Below are positions 1-7,129 of a DNA stretch of 38,747 nucleotides, piece by piece. The notes under the pieces were generated by a model. It was given only the letters and a program-made list of their open reading frames with translations, ran no database searches and was not told where the DNA came from. Every line of letters starts with the position of its first letter. Positions within the stretch are counted from its first letter, which is position 1. This DNA is from Pseudomonadota bacterium (GTDB taxonomy: Bacteria > Pseudomonadota > Alphaproteobacteria > RF32 > CAG-239): assembly GCA_918234285.1 (NCBI GenBank), contig CAKJXZ020000065.1:1-38747 (forward strand), in the 5' to 3' direction. The position numbers and the translations under genes are program-made.

Positions 1-1
1 G

Positions 2-460
2 ATGCAGGAGATTGATAACGATCGCAATATCGACATCGGCGCCAAAAATCAAAAGGCCATGATTAAAGAAGGTACGCCGGTCAATAATATGGGTATTGAG
101 GGCGGCAACAGCAAGGGATCATACTTCAGCGATTTGACGATTTCCGAGACCGATGCCATCGCCAGCTTGTTGCGCCAGAACTGGAACCTTGATCCGGGAG
201 CAATGGGGATTGACGGTATGATGGTGGAAATCCGCGTGTTCCTGGAGCGTGACGGCTCAATTAAAGAAATAGAATTTGTGGATAAGGCTCGCTATAATAC
301 CGATCCGAACTATCGTTCGGTGGCGGAAAGCGCACGCCGCGCCATCATTATGACCGGTAATGCCTTTAAGCAGGTATTTGGCCAGAAATATGCCGATAAA
401 TACGACGTTTGGAACACGTTGCGCCTTTACTTTGACCCACTCGATAAAGGTGTGAGATAA
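2..460 (+). CDS. tolA: TolA/TonB-like C-terminal domain (5'-truncated by window edge)
   Basis: C-terminal pattern 'QNWN..PG..VEIRVFLERDGSI..RSVAESARRAI..W.TLRLYFDP' resembles alphaproteobacterial TolA domain III. Confidence 0.65.
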   Translation: MQEIDNDRNIDIGAKNQKAMIKEGTPVNNMGIEGGNSKGSYFSDLTISETDAIASLLRQNWNLDPGAMGIDGMMVEIRVFLERDGSIKEIEFVDKARYNTDPNYRSVAESARRAIIMTGNAFKQVFGQKYADKYDVWNTLRLYFDPLDKGVR

Positions 461-501
461 ATATCGGATTAATCTGCGGTAAAAGTTTTTTATAATAAAT
501 A

Positions 502-530
502 TTGACAAAATATTCCGTATAGTGTAAAAC
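502..530 (+). promoter_or_regulatory. sigma70-type promoter for orphan 559..891
   Basis: TTGACA (502-507), 17-bp spacer, TAAAAC (525-530). Confidence 0.55.
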
Positions 531-558
531 AGTAATAACGTTTTACAATTTATATATT

Positions 559-891
559 ATGAATATCAATCAAATCAAAAGGGTATTGGATGCCGATGGT
601 ATCTGGTATTCTGTCATCAATGAGAATGATGACATTTGCATCGAGGAGATGACTACGGTTCCCCGCTCACAGGTCGACATGCACAAGAAACTCTTGGTAC
701 TTACGGCCGGTAACCTTAAGGAAGCAGAGAAGGCAGGCGATGATTGGAGCAACTTTATCAACGTCATACTCGACGCCGGTTGCTCGAAAAAATATCTGAG
801 CCGCCTGAATGCACCTAACTTGATTCTCGTCGGCCAGAACGACGTCGGCAAGACCATCGGTGCTCTCCACGAAGCAATGCGCAAACGCTAA
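559..891 (+). CDS. hypothetical protein (110 aa)
   Basis: Clean ORF between its own promoter and a strong terminator; no recognisable motif. Confidence 0.7.
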   Translation: MNINQIKRVLDADGIWYSVINENDDICIEEMTTVPRSQVDMHKKLLVLTAGNLKEAEKAGDDWSNFINVILDAGCSKKYLSRLNAPNLILVGQNDVGKTIGALHEAMRKR

Positions 892-935
892 ACAAATTAC
901 CCTGAAACCTAATCGTTTCAGGGTAATTTGTTTTT
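890..935. terminator. bidirectional rho-independent terminator
   Basis: 19-bp perfect inverted repeat AAACAAATTACCCTGAAAC/GTTTCAGGGTAATTTGTTT between convergent genes. Confidence 0.85.
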
Positions 936-958
936 AATTGAAAGGAAAACACTAATAA

Positions 959-2806
959 TTAAGCGCTTTTCTGCCATCCGCGCAAAATATAATCGCTCAG
1001 CTTTTCGCTGAAGAACGAACTGTCGCTGATGGCTTCGCCTTCGGCGATTTTAGCCTGATCCAGAAGCAAGCGTGATACTTCTTCCACCGTTTGCTTTTGG
1101 CTCTTGTCAAACATACTGTCCGCCAGTTTAATAATCAGCGGATGGTACGGATTAACTTCCAAAATTCGCGAGCTGGCGAAAGCCGTCTGTTGCTGATGAT
1201 TACGCATCAAACGCTCGAGGTGAATACTCATCTGGCCGTTTTCCACCGTCAGACTGACCGGACTTGAAGTCAGTTTTTCGGTAGCCACGACTTTGCCTAC
1301 TTCATCTTTAAACAATTTGCTCATAAAATCGGTCAATTTTTTCAAACTTCCTTCGTCGGCACGCGGCGTATCGCGTTCCATCTTCAAATCCATATCGGCT
1401 TGCGAAACGTGCTTAATCGGATATCCCTTGTAGTTTGTCAGCACCTGAACCCAAAACTCGTCAATCGGGTCGGTCAACAGCAATACCTCAACTCCCTTGG
1501 CTTTGAAAGCCTCAAGTTGCGGATTGTTGCGGAGCGTCGGTACATCATCGCCGGTGATGTAATAAATGTTGGTCTGTCCTTCGTTTACGCGCGAAATATA
1601 TTCATCAAGCGAGGTCAGACGCTCGTTGTCATTGGTGGAATAAAAGCGCGACAGCGAGGCAACAATATCGCGATTTGCCACATCTTCGTAAATACCTTCT
1701 TTAAAGGCAATACCGAAAACTTTCCAAAATTTCATATAATCATCATAATCTTCGGAGCGGGTTTTCAGCTCTTTCAAAATACGGCCGACCGTGCCGTTTT
1801 TAATCTTGGCAATCAGTGCATTTTGCTGCAACATCTCACGCGAAATATTGAGCGGCAAATCGGCACTGTCGATAATACCTTTGACAAAGCGTAAATATGC
1901 CGGCATTAACCCTTCTACCTTATCGGAAATAAACACGCGATTTACGTAGAGTTTCAAACTCTGCTGGCGGTCCGGTTGGAACAGGTCATACGGCGCCTCC
2001 GACGGAATGTATAACAGTCCGGTATATTCGATATTACCCTCGGCTTTGAAATGTAATCTGAGCCAAGGAGTATCGAAATTGCGCGAAATATGATGATAAA
2101 ATTCGTTATATTGTTCTTCGGTGATTTCCGCCTTGTTTTTGGTCCACAAAGCCGAGCCGGTATTCACGGTTTCTTCGCCGGCTTTACCTAAATCCAAAAC
2201 AATCGGGTAGTTAATGTGATCGGAATACGTGCGGATAATGTGGCGCAAATAAATCGTATCAACATAATCTTTGGCATCGTCTTTCAAATACAGTTTAATG
2301 TCGGTACCGACTTTATCGCGCTTTGCTTCGGTAATTTCAAAGCCGTCGACACCGTTTGAAGTCCACAGCCAAGCCTGTTCTTCGCCGGCACGGCGCGTGG
2401 TTACTTCAACTTTGGCGGCAACCATAAATGCCGAATAAAAACCGACGCCAAACTTGCCGATTAAGTCGACAATCGAGCCGTTATCTTTGGCATTGTTCAC
2501 AAATTCCGCGGTACCGGATTTGGCGATTGTACCCAGATGATGTACCAAATCGTCTTTATTCATACCGATACCGTTATCACTGACCGTCAGTGTGTTTTCT
2601 TCGGCATTAGGTGTAATGACAATCTTGAATTCGCCGTTATTCTTTACGATTCCCGGATTGGTGAGGGAATAATAGCGCAACTTATCACAAGCATCACTGG
2701 CATTGGAAATAAGCTCGCGCAAAAAAATGTATTTTTCCGAATACAGCGAATTAATAACAATATCGAGAAGTTTGGTTACTTCGGTTTTGAATTTTTGTTT
2801 GCTCAT
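959..2806 (-). CDS. htpG: molecular chaperone HtpG (Hsp90)
   Basis: Motifs 'YIFLRELISNASDA', 'DNGIGM', 'IGKFGVGFYSAF', 'DLPLNISREMLQ'; start placed at ATG 2806 behind a GGGAG Shine-Dalgarno (SD). Confidence 0.97.
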   Translation of the reverse strand: MSKQKFKTEVTKLLDIVINSLYSEKYIFLRELISNASDACDKLRYYSLTNPGIVKNNGEFKIVITPNAEENTLTVSDNGIGMNKDDLVHHLGTIAKSGTAEFVNNAKDNGSIVDLIGKFGVGFYSAFMVAAKVEVTTRRAGEEQAWLWTSNGVDGFEITEAKRDKVGTDIKLYLKDDAKDYVDTIYLRHIIRTYSDHINYPIVLDLGKAGEETVNTGSALWTKNKAEITEEQYNEFYHHISRNFDTPWLRLHFKAEGNIEYTGLLYIPSEAPYDLFQPDRQQSLKLYVNRVFISDKVEGLMPAYLRFVKGIIDSADLPLNISREMLQQNALIAKIKNGTVGRILKELKTRSEDYDDYMKFWKVFGIAFKEGIYEDVANRDIVASLSRFYSTNDNERLTSLDEYISRVNEGQTNIYYITGDDVPTLRNNPQLEAFKAKGVEVLLLTDPIDEFWVQVLTNYKGYPIKHVSQADMDLKMERDTPRADEGSLKKLTDFMSKLFKDEVGKVVATEKLTSSPVSLTVENGQMSIHLERLMRNHQQQTAFASSRILEVNPYHPLIIKLADSMFDKSQKQTVEEVSRLLLDQAKIAEGEAISDSSFFSEKLSDYILRGWQKSA

Positions 2807-2836
2807 AAAAAATCTCCCATATATCAACTGTTATTT

Positions 2837-2865
2837 ATATGGGAGTATTTTTTTGCGTTCGCAAG
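2837..2865 (-). promoter_or_regulatory. RpoH (sigma32)-type promoter of htpG
   Basis: CTTGCG-N16-CCCATAT on the minus strand, close to the alphaproteobacterial RpoH consensus (CTTG..-N15/16-CC.ATAT), upstream of a heat-shock gene. Confidence 0.65.
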
Positions 2866-2891
2866 AGGCAAAACAAAATTTTTATAAAGTT

Positions 2892-3746
2892 TTATTTTCG
2901 AATTTCCGCCGAGCAGTTGTAGCGCAGAAACTCCAGTTCTTCCACCGGCGAAACGTGCCAAATTGCGGCATAATCAAAATCTTCTTCCGCCGGTATTACC
3001 TCCGATTCCAGAATATGCAGATATTGTTCTGCCTGTTTTTCCGAAAAAGAGCAAGTGTATTCCAAAAACATGGTGTCGGTGAAATAACTGGAATCCGCCG
3101 GCGGCACGTTTTTGAGCAAAATGTGATCTATTTTATCGGTTTTCTGCACCGTAAATTTATATACGCAGGAGTCTTTTTGGAGACCGACGATTTTACGGGA
3201 AAATTCCAGCCCCGAGGCGGTTTCTTTTTGCTCCGTCGGAGTGCAAGCCGCCAGATTGCGGCGAATATTCTGTGTATTATCGATTTCTTCGCGATAAAAA
3301 CTGCAATATTTCGGGTCGGACATGATTTTCACTGCGGCTTGGTAATCCTCATCTTTTTCAATATAATATTCATCCCAGCGCTGCGAATATTTTTTGTTTT
3401 CAAAACGGTGCAACACGTGAGCATAAGTTTTGGCCACGTCGGCCGGCAGACTGCAATCCTGATGGATTTCCACCGAAGAATTGGTAATACCGGTGATGTG
3501 CAAGCCGCACATATCGTCTTTTATGCCGTCAATCGTGTAAATATTGTTGACGGCAACGTCTTTGCGTCGCAAAGGTCGCTCGGCATGGTACGGTTCGCAC
3601 TTTTCCAAGCTTTCGGTAAAACCTTTCGGCAACACCAGTTTATCAACATAAACATCAATGGCAAGTATCTGCGCGTTCGCCGGGTTCGACAGATAAGCCG
3701 CACCGGCCGTAATTGCCAGACTAATCAGGTATTTTAATGCGTTCAA
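2892..3746 (-). CDS. hypothetical secreted protein with duplicated Cys-containing domain
   Basis: Signal peptide (..PANA/Q); two similar halves L..C.P...I.G...D.C...CS; start overlaps the murA 3' end by 26 nt. Confidence 0.75.
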   Translation of the reverse strand: MNALKYLISLAITAGAAYLSNPANAQILAIDVYVDKLVLPKGFTESLEKCEPYHAERPLRRKDVAVNNIYTIDGIKDDMCGLHITGITNSSVEIHQDCSLPADVAKTYAHVLHRFENKKYSQRWDEYYIEKDEDYQAAVKIMSDPKYCSFYREEIDNTQNIRRNLAACTPTEQKETASGLEFSRKIVGLQKDSCVYKFTVQKTDKIDHILLKNVPPADSSYFTDTMFLEYTCSFSEKQAEQYLHILESEVIPAEEDFDYAAIWHVSPVEELEFLRYNCSAEIRK

Positions 3747-5013
3747 TGTCAGCTCCTATTGCTTTAAATTTTTCTTCCAAATGTTCATAACCGCGGTCTA
3801 AGTGATAAACGCGGTTGACGATGGTTTCTCCTTCTGCCACCAAACCGGCCAAAATCAGGGCAAACGAGGCACGTAAATCGGTAGACATCACCGGCGCCGC
3901 CGAGAGTTTTTCCACCCCGCGCACAATCGCCGAGGCATGGCCGTGAACGTTGATGTTGGCGCCCATACGCATCAGTTCCGGCACGTGCATAAAGCGATTC
4001 TCCCAAATACTTTCGGTAATCATTGCCGCACCTTCGGCAACACACATCAGTGCCATAAATTGCGCCTGTAAATCGGTCGGAAAACCCGGATAATAATCGG
4101 TAAACACATCTTGCCCCACCAATTTGACGTTCTGCGCATCAACAATAAATCCGGTGTCGGTCATTTCAACTTTGGCCCCGGTTTTGCGCAAAATATCGAG
4201 CGGTGTTTGCAAATATTGCGCCGGCGCGTTAACCAACTCTACCCGTCCGTGCGTAATGGCGGCGGCCACTGCATACGAGCCGGCCTCAATGCGGTCATTG
4301 ATGATTTCGTGGGTAACACCGTGCAGTTTTTCCACTCCGTGAATAGTTAAAGTGGAAGTGTTGGCGCCTTCAATTTGCGCGCCCATCTTGTTCAAAACAT
4401 CAATCAAGTCGGCAATTTCCGGTTCTTTAGCGGCATTTTCAATAACGGTTGTACCTTCAGCCAAAGCGGCGGCCATCAAAATATTGCAAGTGGCGCCGAC
4501 CGAAGCCGAGTGGAATGCCACATGTGCGCCCTTTAAGCGACCGTCAATATCAGCCACCACATAACCGTTTTTAATTTCGATTTTGGCACCCATCTGCTCC
4601 AATGAGGATAAGTGAATATCCATCGGACGCGCTCCGATGGCGCAACCTCCCGGTAACGAGAGCTCAACGTGGCCGTATTTGGTTAAAAGCGGGCCCAAAA
4701 CATAGTAGGAAGCGCGCATTTTACGGACATAATCATAAGGCGCTACCAAGCTGGTCGGTTGCGGCGTATGGTATGTAATTGTCTGCGTCAGGTGTCCGTT
4801 GCGTTCCTCGGCTTTTTCTTCGATTTGTGTACCGATTTGCAACAGTAGGGCATTGAGCGACTTAATATCGGAAAGAAACGGGATGTTTTGAATCGTCACC
4901 GGTTCATCAGTCAATAAACTGGCGCAGATAATCGGTAATGCGGTATTTTTGGCGCCGCTGATATACACTTTTCCAAACAGCGGTTTGCCGCCGATAATCT
5001 TAATCTTGTCCAC
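3721..5013 (-). CDS. murA: UDP-N-acetylglucosamine 1-carboxyvinyltransferase
   Basis: 'SGAKN', 'LPGGCAIGARP' (catalytic Cys), 'PGFPTDLQAQ', 'YHLDRGYE'; GTG start with AAGGAG SD. Confidence 0.97.
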   Translation of the reverse strand: MDKIKIIGGKPLFGKVYISGAKNTALPIICASLLTDEPVTIQNIPFLSDIKSLNALLLQIGTQIEEKAEERNGHLTQTITYHTPQPTSLVAPYDYVRKMRASYYVLGPLLTKYGHVELSLPGGCAIGARPMDIHLSSLEQMGAKIEIKNGYVVADIDGRLKGAHVAFHSASVGATCNILMAAALAEGTTVIENAAKEPEIADLIDVLNKMGAQIEGANTSTLTIHGVEKLHGVTHEIINDRIEAGSYAVAAAITHGRVELVNAPAQYLQTPLDILRKTGAKVEMTDTGFIVDAQNVKLVGQDVFTDYYPGFPTDLQAQFMALMCVAEGAAMITESIWENRFMHVPELMRMGANINVHGHASAIVRGVEKLSAAPVMSTDLRASFALILAGLVAEGETIVNRVYHLDRGYEHLEEKFKAIGADIERIKIPD

Positions 5014-5143
5014 GTTGTTTCTCCTTCAATGCTTTCTTTTTTTCGAGTTCTTGTTGCTGTTTTTTGCGCTTGGCAATATTTTTTTGCAAGGCCTTTGCCT
5101 CTTTTTCAAAACGTATTTGCTGTTGTGATTTTTGATTGGCCAT
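5000..5143 (-). CDS. small basic coiled-coil protein upstream of murA (47 aa, absent from ORF track)
   Basis: Manual translation MANQKSQQQIRFEKEAKALQKNIAKRKKQQQELEKKKALKEKQRGQD*; AAGGA SD; stop overlaps the murA start. Confidence 0.7.
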   Translation of the reverse strand: MANQKSQQQIRFEKEAKALQKNIAKRKKQQQELEKKKALKEKQRGQD

Positions 5144-5332
5144 TCGTTTTTCCTTGTTTGAATTCATGATGAATTATATCGGGTATTGTGCTTTAATACA
5201 AGTAAAGTTTGCCTTTAATAACAGGAAAAGGTCGATAGGTTTATATCTTCATTCACAAAAAATGTAAAAATATAAAAAAAGTTCTTGCAATTTATTTTTT
5301 ATGTGATATTAAATAATTCGTTCGCAGATGAT

Positions 5333-5407
5333 GCGGGTATAGCTCAGGGGTAGAGCGCAACCTTGCCAAGGTTGATGTCGTGGGTCCGAATCCCATTGCC
5401 CGCTCCA
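5333..5407 (+). tRNA. tRNA-Gly(GCC)
   Basis: Acceptor GCGGGTA/TGCCCGC, anticodon arm CAACC-TTGCCAA-GGTTG, U73 and encoded CCA; T-loop reads TCCGAAT. Confidence 0.93.
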
Positions 5408-5422
5408 ATAACGAAATATGAG

Positions 5423-5446
5423 AGAGGAATGTGTTTCCTCTCTTTT
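5423..5446 (+). terminator. hairpin plus U-tract after tRNA-Gly
   Basis: GAGAGGAA/TTCCTCTC stem followed by TTTT. Confidence 0.55.
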
Positions 5447-5510
5447 ACATAAGTACTCGGAACTGCCCGACAAATACCAAGGTTTGAAGCGTCGCCGAGT
5501 ACGAGCAAAT

Positions 5511-5584
5511 TGCTTCATCGTCTAATGGTAGGACAGCGGATTCTGACTCCGTCAATCTTGGTTCGAGTCCAGGTGAAGCAGCCA
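5511..5584 (+). tRNA. tRNA-Gln(CTG)
   Basis: Acceptor TGCTTCA/TGAAGCA, anticodon arm GCGGA-TTCTGAC-TCCGT, GGTTCGAGTCC T-arm, GCCA end. Confidence 0.95.
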
Positions 5585-5592
5585 CAGTGTGC

Positions 5593-5622
5593 AAGTCGTC
5601 AGAAATGACGACTTTTTCTTTT
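5593..5622 (+). terminator. terminator after tRNA-Gln
   Basis: AAGTCGTCA-GAAA-TGACGACTT followed by a T-tract. Confidence 0.8.
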
Positions 5623-5776
5623 ATTTGCAGGGATTTCAGCGAGTTCGAAATAGATATCGTTACACGTAGTATATGTGTAACGGCGGAGATCCGCGAGTGT
5701 AACGAGTGTAATGTTAGGTATGAAAAAAGCATAAAACGGGACAATCTTCGAACTTTTTTAATAAAAAATGCAAAAC

Positions 5777-6337
5777 CTACAAAGCTGTTCCTTTGGCGGG
5801 AATAAAAAATTTTTTCAAATCAACCTTTTCCAATTCAAGCAACTTTACTTTTTTAGCTATTCCGCCTGCATAGCCTGTTAAACTGCTGTTTGTTCCTACT
5901 ATCCGATGACAGGGTATAATCAGAGAGATTGAATTATGCCCGACAGCTCCACCAACCGCTTGAGCCGACATTTGTTTTATTCCTTTTTCTCTGGCAATTT
6001 TGGTTGCTATTTCACCATAAGTCATAGTTTTCCCAAACGGAATAGCGAGCATAATTTCCCATACTTTCTTTCTAAACGGTGTCGTCTTCATCAATAATGG
6101 TGGGGTAAAATTAGGTGCTCTACCACTGAAATAAATATCTAGCCATTTATCAGTTTGTTCAAAAATCGGCAAATCTCTTTGGATTGCATTGTCTTCTATC
6201 GTATCTGCAAAATACTTCTGTCCGTCAAACCACAAACCGATTAAGCATGATCCATTACTTGCTATGGTTATACCACCCAACGGTGATTGATAATGGTGTA
6301 TGTAGTTATTTTTCTCGTATAATTCTGAATCCGACAT
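5777..6337 (-). CDS. ogt: methylated-DNA--protein-cysteine S-methyltransferase
   Basis: 'IPFGKTMTYGEIA', 'AQAVGGAVGHN', active-site 'IPCHRIVG'. Confidence 0.93.
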   Translation of the reverse strand: MSDSELYEKNNYIHHYQSPLGGITIASNGSCLIGLWFDGQKYFADTIEDNAIQRDLPIFEQTDKWLDIYFSGRAPNFTPPLLMKTTPFRKKVWEIMLAIPFGKTMTYGEIATKIAREKGIKQMSAQAVGGAVGHNSISLIIPCHRIVGTNSSLTGYAGGIAKKVKLLELEKVDLKKFFIPAKGTAL

Positions 6338-6472
6338 TGTTTTATTCCTTCATACATCGTGCATTTTATACCTCTTTACGGCCAATATAAATGTCTCTGT
6401 GCAGATTTGCAAATTTTATTGCTTTTTATTCCGATACAAAATATCTTCATAGAAAATACCAGGAGAAGCAAA

Positions 6473-6895
6473 ATGAAAATTTCAGAGGCTCATAAGTTAG
6501 CGATGAAACGCTTTGAAACGATGATTAACACGGCAGATTCAAACATTGCCAAAGAGTTGATTGCCGAAGATGCTAGGTTTTATACGCCTGCATCGCCGAC
6601 CCCTCTTTACGGCGGCGAAGGTTATCTTTCGGTTGTTCATTGGATGCGTCAAAGTTTCCCTGATGTGCAATGGAAATTAGAAGAAATGGTTGCCGAGGGT
6701 AATGTTGTCGCCGTCCGTTGGACATTAAGCGGCACTCACGAAGGCGAGTTTATAGGAATGCCTGCCACCGGTAAGCATTTCTCTACTTCGGTTATGAACT
6801 TTTACTATTTCAATGATGAAGGTAAGGTTATCAACGATATTGCCGCCGAGGGTATGATTGGCATTCTTCGTGGCATTGGTGCTTTAGAAAAATAA
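6473..6895 (+). CDS. SnoaL-like ester cyclase (NTF2 fold)
   Basis: 'SFPDVQW..EEMVAEG..V.VRWT.SGTH.GEF.G.PATGK'; start moved to ATG 6473 behind an AGGAG SD. Confidence 0.85.
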   Translation: MKISEAHKLAMKRFETMINTADSNIAKELIAEDARFYTPASPTPLYGGEGYLSVVHWMRQSFPDVQWKLEEMVAEGNVVAVRWTLSGTHEGEFIGMPATGKHFSTSVMNFYYFNDEGKVINDIAAEGMIGILRGIGALEK

Positions 6896-7058
6896 TCTTC
6901 TTTCATATATCTTACTTTCATAAATATTCATAACAAAAACGATCTAGGCTGCTAATCTTTCCTTAACGTAGCGGAGTTGATCTTTGATGGAAATTACTTC
7001 TTTTCGATGTTGCCTTAAAAGTTTGAAGATTATCTACTCCGCACAGTCCTAAAGAAGA

Positions 7059-7087
7059 GCCACGCGTAAAAAAACGCGTGGTTTTTG
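7059..7087 (+). terminator. rho-independent terminator
   Basis: CCACGCGT-AAAAAA-ACGCGTGG followed by TTTTT. Confidence 0.75.
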
Positions 7088-7129
7088 TACTTCTTGACTT
7101 TTTGGGAAATTTTTGCTAAAGAGCGGATT

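Larger units (their letters stand above)
5585..7063. mobile_element. decayed genomic islet at the tRNA-Gln 3' end (no integrase)
   Basis: Visibly AT-richer cargo (ogt, SnoaL-like); degenerate repeat of the tRNA end, GAAGCAGCCAC (5575-5585) vs GAAGAGCCAC (7054-7063), followed by a terminator. Confidence 0.5.

Noticed and set aside
2814-2845. CIRCE (HrcA operator) at htpG
   Set aside because: Arms and spacer do not match TTAGCACTC-N9-GAGTGCTAA; reported instead as a different inverted repeat.
2703-3737. 344-aa plus-strand ORF
   Set aside because: Antisense shadow of the signal-peptide-bearing ORF 2892..3746 and htpG; no motif, SD or protein-like composition.
5309-5805. Short ORFs overlapping the tRNA genes and islet left end
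   Set aside because: They overlap well-formed tRNAs or a terminator and lack SD sequences.
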